Source of the DNA: Clostridia bacterium | GTDB lineage: Bacteria; Bacillota; Clostridia; Oscillospirales; SIG627 | Length of the DNA stretch: 40,523 nucleotides | Reading direction: 5' to 3' | Assembly (NCBI GenBank): GCA_017453605.1 | Contig: JAFTEP010000224.1 | Location: 1-40,523, forward strand | Part shown: positions 8,156 through 16,596 of the stretch, piece by piece | Numbering within the stretch: the stretch's first letter is position 1 | Layout: each line of letters begins with the position of its first letter | Notes under the pieces: generated by a model | What the model saw: only the letters and a program-made list of their open reading frames with translations | Databases searched by the model: none | Told to the model about the DNA's origin: nothing | Translations under genes and position numbers: made by a program

Positions 8156-10390
8156 TCAGTCTCTTGTCACGGCTCCCATTTTCTTGAGCTGCATCTTGCG
8201 CCCGTACATGGCTTCGTCCGCTCTCTTGAAGACTTCGTGGAACGACTTGTCCTTTTCGGGATCGAAGCGGGCGACGCCCAGGGACGCGACGACTTTGTCG
8301 CTTCCGATGTTAGATTCTATCTTTTCGTTTATCTCTTTCATGATCTCGTCCCGCGCCGTGTAGTCGTGACCCTCGAGCAGGACGACGAATTCGTCGCCCC
8401 CGACGCGGTAGACCGGGCTGTGCTTGAAAAACTCGCAGAGCATCTTGCACGCCGTCCGGATATATTCGTCTCCGTCTTTGTGGCCCATCGTGTCGTTTAT
8501 CATTTTCAGACCGTTCACGTCGCAGACGATGACGGCAAACTCTCCGGCGTCTCCTCCCAAGATCTTCTTTTCAAGTGTTTTTTCCTCGAGCGCGAAGGCG
8601 TGTTTGCTCTTCACGCCGGTGAGGGGATCCGTGAAGGCGACAGTCCGCGCCTCGGCGCGCGCCTCGGTTGCTTTCTTCTCCCACTTTTTCATCGAGAAAT
8701 GGTTGACGAGAAGAACGACAAGACTCACTCCGAAGAGCCCCGTGATGATCAAGACGCTCGTTCTGTCGGCGTCGTGGAGCCTGTCGTGCTGGATAGAGTA
8801 AAATTCGTCTTCGTCCTTTTCGAGGACTCCGCTTTCAGCAGTGCCGTTCTCGTAGTTTCGTATGTCGCTCAGCACCGCGTCCTCTCTGGACTCGTTCAGC
8901 CTCTCGACCCAGGTCATGGTCATGATGACGATGAATGCCAAAAGCGTGATCCAGACGATGATCGCCTTGCCGAAATTCCTCGCGTGATCCTTGCGGATGA
9001 TGCGGTTGAAAAACAAGAGACCGAGAAGGCTCCAGACCGTCATGAGAACGTAGGCCTCCGTCTCGAGCGTGTGGTCCGAGAAGAACTCGGGGAACAGAAG
9101 ATAGACCGAAAAGGCGATCAGGATCAGAAGGAAGATCCCGCTCAAAACGACGTCCTTTTTCTTTTTCTCCTGGCGGGACGCCTTGAAGACCGCGGCGGAT
9201 GCGAAGCCGTAGATGATGGTCGCGCCGATGGTGGTCGTATCGACGCTCCAGCCGATCGCCGTCCTTCCGATGAAGAGGATCGGGACGGACAGGACCAAAA
9301 CCAAGAGGATGCTGCTCGAAGGGATCTGTTTTTTGTTCAGCACGGAAAAGCGCTTGGGAAGGATCCCGTCCTGCGCGACGGCGTAGCAGAGGCGGCTGAC
9401 GGCGCGGAGCATCCCGATGAGGCTCGTGAGCACCAGCGCCAGAAGCGACGCCATCAGGATCCCGACGCCAAGATCGCCGAGGTAATGGTCTGCGGCGTAG
9501 AAGGCGGGCAGCCCCGCGAGCCCCTCGAATTCGTCGAGGCGGCTGATGTAGTCGAGCCAGCCCGAACAGCCCTCGGGATACGCGGAAACGCTCAGCAGTA
9601 TCGCGAAGATATAGAGGGAGGTTATCACGACAAGCGAGACAAAAAGGACTCGGAACATATTGCCGTGCCTGAATTTATACTCCGCGGCGGAATGGCTCAC
9701 GCTCTCGAAACCGATGAACGCCCAGGGCGAAATGAACGCTATGCGGACGATCTGTCTGAGGGCGCTCCCGTCGGGGACGAAGGCGGGCTCCGTCAAGGAC
9801 GAAATGTTTCCGTGTCCGATCATGGCGCCGACAAAGCAGACGGTGATGCCAACGGTGAAGACCGCCGCCATCACGACCATCACGCGGGCGGTGACGATTT
9901 TGGATTTGATGCACAGGAGCGCGACGAGAGCGATCACAACAAAGGTGAGGAGCGCCTCGCCGATATAGACTTCATATCCGAACAGCGTGTAGAGATAGCC
10001 GAAACGGAAGACGTCCAGAAAGTACCTCGCGAAGAGAGGGATGCTCGTCGCGTTCGCCCAGAAGATCGCGATGTAGATAAGGAACAAAAACCACGCCGCC
10101 AGAAAGGCGCGGTCGTATCCGAAAATGTACTTGACGTAGTTATAAAGTCCGCCGGTCCCCGGATATCTGTTGGCGAGGAAATGATAATGGTTTGCGACCA
10201 ACAGCATCATCACGAAGCCGATCACAAGACCTGAGATCGAGCCCAGAGGTCCCGCCTGCGAGAGATAGGTCCTGCCCGTCACGACCAGCGAGCCCCAGCC
10301 GATGGCGGAGCCCACTGACAGAGCCCATACCGACAGGGGCGAGAGGTAGGGCTGAAGAGCCGTGGCGTTAGGATTTGACGGCTTATTCAT
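8156..10390 (-). CDS. APC-family amino-acid-permease-like membrane domain fused to an active-type GGDEF diguanylate cyclase
   Basis: The N-terminal ~480 aa are multi-TM with APC-type sequence (SVGSAIGWGS..., GTGGLYNYV). More TM helices follow, then a C-terminal GGDEF domain (DPLTGVKSKHAF ... RVGGDEFVVLL). I prefer the start at MNKPSNP (10390), which has a GGGAGCG RBS. Confidence 0.8.
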   Translation of the reverse strand: MNKPSNPNATALQPYLSPLSVWALSVGSAIGWGSLVVTGRTYLSQAGPLGSISGLVIGFVMMLLVANHYHFLANRYPGTGGLYNYVKYIFGYDRAFLAAWFLFLIYIAIFWANATSIPLFARYFLDVFRFGYLYTLFGYEVYIGEALLTFVVIALVALLCIKSKIVTARVMVVMAAVFTVGITVCFVGAMIGHGNISSLTEPAFVPDGSALRQIVRIAFISPWAFIGFESVSHSAAEYKFRHGNMFRVLFVSLVVITSLYIFAILLSVSAYPEGCSGWLDYISRLDEFEGLAGLPAFYAADHYLGDLGVGILMASLLALVLTSLIGMLRAVSRLCYAVAQDGILPKRFSVLNKKQIPSSSILLVLVLSVPILFIGRTAIGWSVDTTTIGATIIYGFASAAVFKASRQEKKKKDVVLSGIFLLILIAFSVYLLFPEFFSDHTLETEAYVLMTVWSLLGLLFFNRIIRKDHARNFGKAIIVWITLLAFIVIMTMTWVERLNESREDAVLSDIRNYENGTAESGVLEKDEDEFYSIQHDRLHDADRTSVLIITGLFGVSLVVLLVNHFSMKKWEKKATEARAEARTVAFTDPLTGVKSKHAFALEEKTLEKKILGGDAGEFAVIVCDVNGLKMINDTMGHKDGDEYIRTACKMLCEFFKHSPVYRVGGDEFVVLLEGHDYTARDEIMKEINEKIESNIGSDKVVASLGVARFDPEKDKSFHEVFKRADEAMYGRKMQLKKMGAVTRD

Positions 10391-10409
10391 CAAAGTGCGC
10401 TCCCTGACG

Positions 10410-10745
10410 TCACAGAGCGGCAAGCTCGTTTGTTTTGGCGACTATCTGTTCGTAAAGCGCCCGGTGATCTCCGGGAGTTTTGTTTCTGAGAAGCTCCGTC
10501 AGCTCTCCGAGAGGAATGGAGATAGGGGTGAGCGCCAGATTGTTCACGCCGCCCTTCAGCTTGTGAGCGAGGGCGAAGGCCTTGTCGGGGTCTCCTTCGT
10601 CGAGCGCGGCTCCGAGCGAGCCCGAAGACAGCTCGGCTAAAGTTATCCCCACGAGGCGAAGATAGAGAGCCTCGTTGTTTGCACAGCGCGACAGTCCTGT
10701 GGCGACGTCCGCGCCGAATCCTTTCAGTTTTTCGACGGTCAGCAT
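10410..10745 (-). CDS. stand-alone Hpt histidine phosphotransfer protein
   Basis: HKLKGGVNNLAL is the HxxKG phosphotransfer motif. The ATG overlaps the upstream stop (ATGCTGA). Confidence 0.8.
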   Translation of the reverse strand: MLTVEKLKGFGADVATGLSRCANNEALYLRLVGITLAELSSGSLGAALDEGDPDKAFALAHKLKGGVNNLALTPISIPLGELTELLRNKTPGDHRALYEQIVAKTNELAAL

Positions 10746-12463
10746 AAAACACCCTCCGTTTTGAGATTTTTTTTGAGATTTTTAACAATGAATTCTTCAA
10801 ATTCGTCCGCCGGCAGGGGACGGGAGAAATAGTAGCCCTGTATCAAGTCGCAGCCCATCGCTTTCAGGTTGGAATACTGCTCTGCGGTCTCCACACCCTC
10901 CGCGATAGTCGGCACCCCGAAGGATCTCGCGAGCCCTATCATCGCTTCGAGAAGCCTTGTGTCCTTTCTTTGGCTGAACGCGCTCCGGATGAACTGCATA
11001 TCGAGCTTCAGCGCGTCGATCGGCATATTTGAAAGCATGCTCAGCGAGGAATAGCCGGATCCGAAATCGTCCATTTCGATCCTGAAGCCGAGCCTGCGGA
11101 GGTCTTTCACGGTTTTGATGATAAAGTCCGTCTTTTCAGTATATGCGGACTCGGTGATCTCGAGCAGCAGGTCTTCGGTGGAAATTTTGTTTTTCTTCGC
11201 GATGTCAAGAAATCTTTCCGTCAGTTCGGGATCGTAGAGGTCGATCCTCGACACGTTGACCGAGACCGGGAGCGTGATCTTCAGGCGATCCTTCCAGGCT
11301 TTTATATGCGCTGCGGTCTGCGCCCAGACGTAGTGATCGAGCTCCTGTATCAAGCCGTTTTTCTCGAACAGCGGGATGAAGACGCCGGGGCTGACCATCC
11401 CGAGCTTCGGGTGCTTCCACCTCACAAGCGCCTCGGCGCTCGCAAGCACCGGCTCGTCGCGCCTGACGTCGAATTTCGGCTGGAAGAAGACGGCGAACTG
11501 CTTCTGGCTGATCGCGGCCTTAAAATCGTCTATAAGCTGTTCCTCGAGGATCTCCGCCTCGCGCATCGAGTGGTCGAAAAATCCGACGGGAGCGGTCAGA
11601 TGGTCCCGGGCGGTGTCCGCCGCCATTTTCGCGCGGTCGAACCTGCGCTCAATATCTATCGTTTTGTCCGCGTCGACGTAGACGCCCATCCTCAGACGGA
11701 CGCGGTTCTTGCCGAAGCCGACGTCGTCAAGACCCGCCGACAGCCTCGCGAGCAGAGCCTCGTGATCGTCTATGTGCCTGCAGTAGAGCAGAAACGTGTC
11801 CGCGCCGCTGCGGCAGACGATGCCGCCCGCCTCGTTGACGTAGTCCGTGGCGTTGACCGCGATGCGCTTCAGGACCTCGTTCCCGCGGGCTTTCCCGAAG
11901 CGGTCGTTTATCGTATGGAAGTGGTTGACGTCGAACACTATCGCGTCGACCGGCGCGTCCTTGTGATAAAGATCGAGCTGAGCGGCGTAGCGGTAGAAGA
12001 ATTCTTTGTTGTATAATCCCGTCAGCTGATCCCTCTCTGTCAGACGCAGGGTCTCGCGGTCCTCGGAGAGTTCCACGGTACGAAGGATCCTGGCGAGGAT
12101 CACCTTTGACGCCGGGTAGGGCTTCGGGATGAAGTCGATCGCGCCGAGAGTGAGGCACTCCACCTCGGCCTCGTGGTCGGAGGTCATGACGATGACCGGC
12201 AGGCGCGAGGACGCGGGATCGCTCTTTATCCTGCTGAGGACGTCGATGCCCGTTATCCCGGGAAGGTTCAGATCGAGCAGGACCATGCTCAGCGTTTCGT
12301 GTTGAGCCCGGATCACTTCCAGCGCTTCCTCGCCGGTCTCGGCGATGACGACCGAGTAGGTCTCGCCGATGCTCGCCTTCATCATTTCCTGACAGACGAT
12401 GTCGTCCTCGACCAGCAGAATTCGCCTTTTTTCAGATATCCTGAACGTTTTTTTATCGGTCAT
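10739..12463 (-). CDS. response regulator with degenerate GGDEF and intact EAL domain (c-di-GMP phosphodiesterase)
   Basis: REC domain (ILLVEDD ... LLDLNLPG ... KP). GGDEF-like domain with the signature degraded to SGADTF. EAL motifs intact: EALVRW, EITES, DDFGSGYSSL, EGVET, QGYYFSRP. Confidence 0.85.
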   Translation of the reverse strand: MTDKKTFRISEKRRILLVEDDIVCQEMMKASIGETYSVVIAETGEEALEVIRAQHETLSMVLLDLNLPGITGIDVLSRIKSDPASSRLPVIVMTSDHEAEVECLTLGAIDFIPKPYPASKVILARILRTVELSEDRETLRLTERDQLTGLYNKEFFYRYAAQLDLYHKDAPVDAIVFDVNHFHTINDRFGKARGNEVLKRIAVNATDYVNEAGGIVCRSGADTFLLYCRHIDDHEALLARLSAGLDDVGFGKNRVRLRMGVYVDADKTIDIERRFDRAKMAADTARDHLTAPVGFFDHSMREAEILEEQLIDDFKAAISQKQFAVFFQPKFDVRRDEPVLASAEALVRWKHPKLGMVSPGVFIPLFEKNGLIQELDHYVWAQTAAHIKAWKDRLKITLPVSVNVSRIDLYDPELTERFLDIAKKNKISTEDLLLEITESAYTEKTDFIIKTVKDLRRLGFRIEMDDFGSGYSSLSMLSNMPIDALKLDMQFIRSAFSQRKDTRLLEAMIGLARSFGVPTIAEGVETAEQYSNLKAMGCDLIQGYYFSRPLPADEFEEFIVKNLKKNLKTEGVLC

Positions 12464-12478
12464 AAAAGCTTCTCCTCG

Positions 12479-15400
12479 TTATTGCTTCGTCCGGTTCTCG
12501 TTTTCCCAGATCAGTTCTTCGAGAGTCCTGTATAAAAACTCCGCTTCCACGGGCTTTGACAGGTGGGCGTTCATCCCCGCCTGCAGCGAGCTCTGGACGT
12601 CCTCGTCGAAAGCGTTCGCCGTCATCGCGATGATCGGCACGGTCTTCGCGTCGGGTCTTGGGAGCTTTCTGATCGTTCTCGTCGCCTCCAGACCGTCCAT
12701 TTCCGGCATCCGCACGTCCATCAGGATCGCGTCGTAATAGCCCGGAGCGCTCTTTTCGAAGGTCTCGACGGCGATCTTTCCGTTCTCGGCGTGATCCACT
12801 ATCACTCCGCACAGCCCCATGACCTCTCTGACGATCTCCGCGTTGACTATGAAGTCCTCCGCAAGAAGAACGCGCTTTCCCGAAAGCTCCTCGCGGCATA
12901 TCCTGCGGCGCGCGCTCATCCCGCTGCGTCTGACCGTCCTCAGTATCTCGTCGACGGCGTCGGAGGCGAACGCTGACTTTGATAAGAATCCGTCCGCCGC
13001 GGCGCCCGGCGCGCCGTCCGTGATCTCGTCCCGGTTGTACGCCGTCAGGATTATGACGGCGGTCTCTTTGCCGTAACGGGTCTTGATCTCTCCGGCGATA
13101 TTTTCTTCGTCGCTCCCGGCCAGTTTCCGGTCGAGGAGCACGAGGTTGAACGGATCGTGTCTTGCGTGGGAGACTTCGAGCATTTCGAGCGCTCCCTTGC
13201 CGGACGGGCAGGATTCCGTTCTGATCCCCGACTCCTCCATCACGAGCTTCGCGTGCTCGCCGGAGACGGGATCGGCGTCGACTACAAGGGCGTGCAGATC
13301 GCCCGCGGCGACCGCGTCGGGGCTGAAGGACGGATCGTGGCAGTTTTTCAGCGTCACGTCGACCGTGAACTCGGTCCCTACGCCCTTTGTAGATTCCACC
13401 GATATCGTGCCGTTCATCAGTTCGACGATGTTTCTTGTTATCGCCAGTCCCAGACCGGTGCTGCCGTATTTCCCGCTCCTGCCGCTGTTTTCCTGCGAGA
13501 ACGAATCGAACACCTTCGGGAGAAATTCCTTGCTGATCCCGATCCCGGTGTCCTTGACTGAGAACCTCAGCGTCGACTGATCCTCGAAATCGTTGATCTT
13601 TTCGACTACGAACGTGACGCTTCCGGGCGCGTCAGTGAATTTGACGGCGTTGCTCAGGATGTTGACGAGCACCTGCTTGAGGCGCATATCGTCGCCGATG
13701 TAGTGATCGTCGGGCTCTCCCAAAACTTTGCACTCGAATTTCAGCCCTTTTTCGCCGCACTGCGACGTGACCATCGTGTTGATCTGCTCGAGCATCTCGC
13801 TCAGCGAGAACTCCTCTCTTCTGAGGACGAGCTTTCCCGATTCGATCCGGCTCATATCGAGGATGTCGTTTATGAGCCCGAGAAGATGCTTTGCGCTCCC
13901 GCCGATCTGCTTTAAGTACCCGCGCGTCTTTTCGGGCAGGCTCTCGTCGCGCAGAGCCAGACTGTCCAGCCCGATGATCGCGTTCATCGGAGTGCGGATC
14001 TCGTGGCTCATACTCGAAAGGAACGCGGTCTTCGCCCTGTTCGCTCCCTCCGCCGCGGTGAGCGCCTCGCCGAGCGCCTGGTTTTTCGCCATGGCGTCGC
14101 GCATTTCGGCGTCGATGACCGTCAAGCCGAGCCCGACGGCGTGAACGATGTGGTCGTCGCGGTTCTCGGCGTGTCTCACGCCCGCCATGCGGATCATTTC
14201 GTAGTACTCTTTGCCGCCGCGCTGAGCGAGGTAGCGGTAGGCGATTATCACGTCCTTACTGAGCGCCTCGCGCACGTGAACGGGATCGATGAACTGCAAA
14301 AAGCCCTCTCTGTAGCTTTCGGCGACGGAATGCTCTGCGTACCAGGTGAACCTTTCGAGGTAGTTGAAATGGATCCCCTCGCGCGTCTGTTCGGTATCCG
14401 TCGGGTCCGCTCTGTAGCACACGGCGTCGTTTTTGTCAAGATCGACGTGATAGACGCATCTGTAGTCCGAAGCGAGCGCCGTTATCATCTTTTCGAGCTG
14501 TTCGCGGCTCTCCTTCTGCTCGATAAGCTCTTTGTTGGCGCGTTCGAGTTCTTTTTTCGCGGCGTCTTTTGTTTCTATCTCGCGCTTCGAGCGCCTTCTG
14601 TCGCGGACAAGAAGCAGGATGATCACGACAGCGACTCCGACGATGACGCTGACGAAGAAGAATGCGTTGTCGCGGAACATATCTGCAAACGAATAGGAAT
14701 AGAGCTTGTACGTATATCGGAAGGCGAGTGTCTGAGCGTAGTCCGGACCGAGCACGCTGATGGCGCGGTTGACGAGCTTCAGAAGCCCTTCGTTCCCGAG
14801 CCTGACGCCGAAGCATCTGTCGTCGTCGTAGGAAGTCTGCAGGATGACGAGGTCCTTATAACGGCTGTTTCTCAAAATGTCGTTCACTCTGAGTCCGTTG
14901 AGCGTCGTGCAGCTTGCCTTGCCGCTGTCGACGGCTTTCAGGCATGCGTCGACCGACGGATAAAAGCTGATGACGGCGTCGGGATAGTGGGTCTTCACGA
15001 AGTAATACTGCATGCGGTTGTTTTCGTTCACCGCGAAATTCAGCACAGTCGCTTCGCTGAATTCTCCTTTATATACAAGCTCGGTCACCGCGGAAACGAC
15101 CGCGCCCGATTGGAAAATGCCGCTCTCTTCGGAATAGTAGAGCCCTCCGCCGACCGGGAATGCAACGTCGATCTCGCCGCTCACGAGGGAAGATATCATA
15201 TCGAGGTAATTGTCAAAGCTCTTATAGCCGACCTTCAGTCCGTCGATCTTCAGCCTCTCGAGCATCCCCGGAACAAGATCGCGTATAAGTCCCGTGACGT
15301 TCCCGGAGGCGTCCTGATCGCAGTAGGGGAGATAGTTTTTCAGGTATCCGACGCTGAGCGTATCGTGTTCCGAGAGCCATTTTTTCTCGACGGCGGAAAA

Positions 15401-16189
15401 CGCCCTGCCGGATATGCTCACCGGATAATACTTGTTTCTGAGGGAATTTATGAAATTCGGCTCGTTTTCGGAGAGTTCCGACTGCGCCGCGTTCAGTTCT
15501 TTGAGAAGATCGGGTCTTGTTTTACTGACGCAGAGATAGTAGTCGGAGGCGCCGAACGAACAGAGCAACTCTGCGTCCGGTCTGCCGTATGCTCCGTCGC
15601 CCTCGGCGGCGAGAATGTCTATGCCGCGGCTGTCGAAGGCCTCGAAGAGCGGCCCGTAGTCGCGGAAGACTTCGACCTGAGCGGTTATATTTTTTTCGTC
15701 AAGAAATTCGCGCAGACGGTCAGCCGTCGCGCTGTCGAGAACGCCGATCTTTTTCCCGCCGAGCGTCGCGGTGTCGAGAGTTATATCCTCGTCGTCAAGA
15801 TGCTTTATAAGGCTGTAGTTCTCGTGTCCCATGGGGGAGTCCGGGTATCCGATGAGAGCTTCGCGCTCCTCTTTCCACGCAAGACCCGCGAGAAAATCTA
15901 TCTTGCCGTCAAGAAGCATCTGGTACAGATCGCCGAATTCACCGTAGACGTATTCATATTTCCAGCCGGTGTATTCGGACAGCTTCTGATAGTATTCGTA
16001 GGAATAGCCGGTCTTGACCGAGTCTTCGCCCGCGCCCTCCTGGAACACCTCGTTTTCGTAGTATCCGACCCTCACGGGTTTTTGCCCGCCGTCTGCCGCG
16101 AACACCTGCGCGACCGCGCCGACCGCAAAGATGACGCAGATCAGGACGCATATTCGGGCGGTATATTTTATCCTTTTGCCGTATTTCAT
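12479..16189 (-). CDS. BvgS-like hybrid sensor histidine kinase (2x periplasmic SBP domains, TM, PAS-like, HisKA-HATPase, 2x REC)
   Basis: Signal peptide MKYGKRIKYTARICVLICVIFAVGAVAQVFA. Two family-3 solute-binding-like domains. TM helix FFFVSVIVGVAVVIILLLV. H-box SHEIRTPMNAIIG. ATP-lid boxes NAVKFT, DTGIGI and GLGLAI. Two receivers, the second canonical (ILMDVRMPEMDG). The start could instead be 16219 or 16243. Confidence 0.85.
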   Translation of the reverse strand: MKYGKRIKYTARICVLICVIFAVGAVAQVFAADGGQKPVRVGYYENEVFQEGAGEDSVKTGYSYEYYQKLSEYTGWKYEYVYGEFGDLYQMLLDGKIDFLAGLAWKEEREALIGYPDSPMGHENYSLIKHLDDEDITLDTATLGGKKIGVLDSATADRLREFLDEKNITAQVEVFRDYGPLFEAFDSRGIDILAAEGDGAYGRPDAELLCSFGASDYYLCVSKTRPDLLKELNAAQSELSENEPNFINSLRNKYYPVSISGRAFSAVEKKWLSEHDTLSVGYLKNYLPYCDQDASGNVTGLIRDLVPGMLERLKIDGLKVGYKSFDNYLDMISSLVSGEIDVAFPVGGGLYYSEESGIFQSGAVVSAVTELVYKGEFSEATVLNFAVNENNRMQYYFVKTHYPDAVISFYPSVDACLKAVDSGKASCTTLNGLRVNDILRNSRYKDLVILQTSYDDDRCFGVRLGNEGLLKLVNRAISVLGPDYAQTLAFRYTYKLYSYSFADMFRDNAFFFVSVIVGVAVVIILLLVRDRRRSKREIETKDAAKKELERANKELIEQKESREQLEKMITALASDYRCVYHVDLDKNDAVCYRADPTDTEQTREGIHFNYLERFTWYAEHSVAESYREGFLQFIDPVHVREALSKDVIIAYRYLAQRGGKEYYEMIRMAGVRHAENRDDHIVHAVGLGLTVIDAEMRDAMAKNQALGEALTAAEGANRAKTAFLSSMSHEIRTPMNAIIGLDSLALRDESLPEKTRGYLKQIGGSAKHLLGLINDILDMSRIESGKLVLRREEFSLSEMLEQINTMVTSQCGEKGLKFECKVLGEPDDHYIGDDMRLKQVLVNILSNAVKFTDAPGSVTFVVEKINDFEDQSTLRFSVKDTGIGISKEFLPKVFDSFSQENSGRSGKYGSTGLGLAITRNIVELMNGTISVESTKGVGTEFTVDVTLKNCHDPSFSPDAVAAGDLHALVVDADPVSGEHAKLVMEESGIRTESCPSGKGALEMLEVSHARHDPFNLVLLDRKLAGSDEENIAGEIKTRYGKETAVIILTAYNRDEITDGAPGAAADGFLSKSAFASDAVDEILRTVRRSGMSARRRICREELSGKRVLLAEDFIVNAEIVREVMGLCGVIVDHAENGKIAVETFEKSAPGYYDAILMDVRMPEMDGLEATRTIRKLPRPDAKTVPIIAMTANAFDEDVQSSLQAGMNAHLSKPVEAEFLYRTLEELIWENENRTKQ

Positions 16190-16205
16190 AAAAAGCCGCT
16201 CTCTC

Positions 16206-16418
16206 TCAGTCGTTTTCATCGGGAATGAAGTCCATGATTTCATCGGGCTTGACGCCGAGCGCCTTGCAGATCCTGCCGACTATATCAGTCGTTATATCCT
16301 CGCCGCGGGCAAGCTTGTTCATCTGATACTGTGTCAGATGGGCCTTCTCCTGCAGTTCCTTCTTTTTCATACTGCGATCCACAAGTATGTGCCAGAGTTT
16401 TTTGTAGCTTGTTGCCAT
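16206..16418 (-). CDS. XRE-family (Cro/C1-type) HTH transcriptional regulator, 70 aa
   Basis: MKKKELQEKAHLTQYQMNKLARGEDITTDIVGRICKALGV is a typical HTH_XRE. AGGGGGA RBS. The 3' end abuts or overlaps the kinase ORF. Confidence 0.8.
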   Translation of the reverse strand: MATSYKKLWHILVDRSMKKKELQEKAHLTQYQMNKLARGEDITTDIVGRICKALGVKPDEIMDFIPDEND

Positions 16419-16466
16419 TCAGATCCCCCTGAAACTTCTTACTGTTGTATCGTAACGCTTTCGTAT

Positions 16467-16495
16467 ATTGTACCACCTCCCACGCCAAAAATCAA
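16467..16495 (-). promoter_or_regulatory. promoter of the XRE-kinase-EAL-Hpt-GGDEF operon
   Basis: Minus strand: -35 TTGATT (16495-16490), exactly 17-nt spacer, TGG-TACAAT extended -10 (16472-16467). Lies ~50 nt upstream of the XRE ATG. Confidence 0.55.
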
Positions 16496-16537
16496 TAATA
16501 TTTGCGAAATTTCAATGTTCTTTTACGCCTTGCGACA

Positions 16538-16566
16538 CAAAAAGCGAGCCAAAAGGCTCGCTTTTC
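16538..16566 (-). terminator. intrinsic terminator after the isomerase-family gene
   Basis: Hairpin AGCGAGCC-loop-GGCTCGCT followed on the minus strand by TTTTT. Confidence 0.7.
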
Positions 16567-16596
16567 GGTGTCTTGATATTTATCGTCCCGGGGCGG

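Noticed and set aside
8141-10234. 697-aa plus-strand ORF
   Set aside because: It lies antisense to the APC-GGDEF gene, which has clear domain motifs. Its composition is dominated by D/E/R/G/V with no TM segment or motif.
14003-16228. 741-aa plus-strand ORF
   Set aside because: It lies antisense to the hybrid histidine kinase and has no motifs. It is a shadow ORF of a high-GC coding region.
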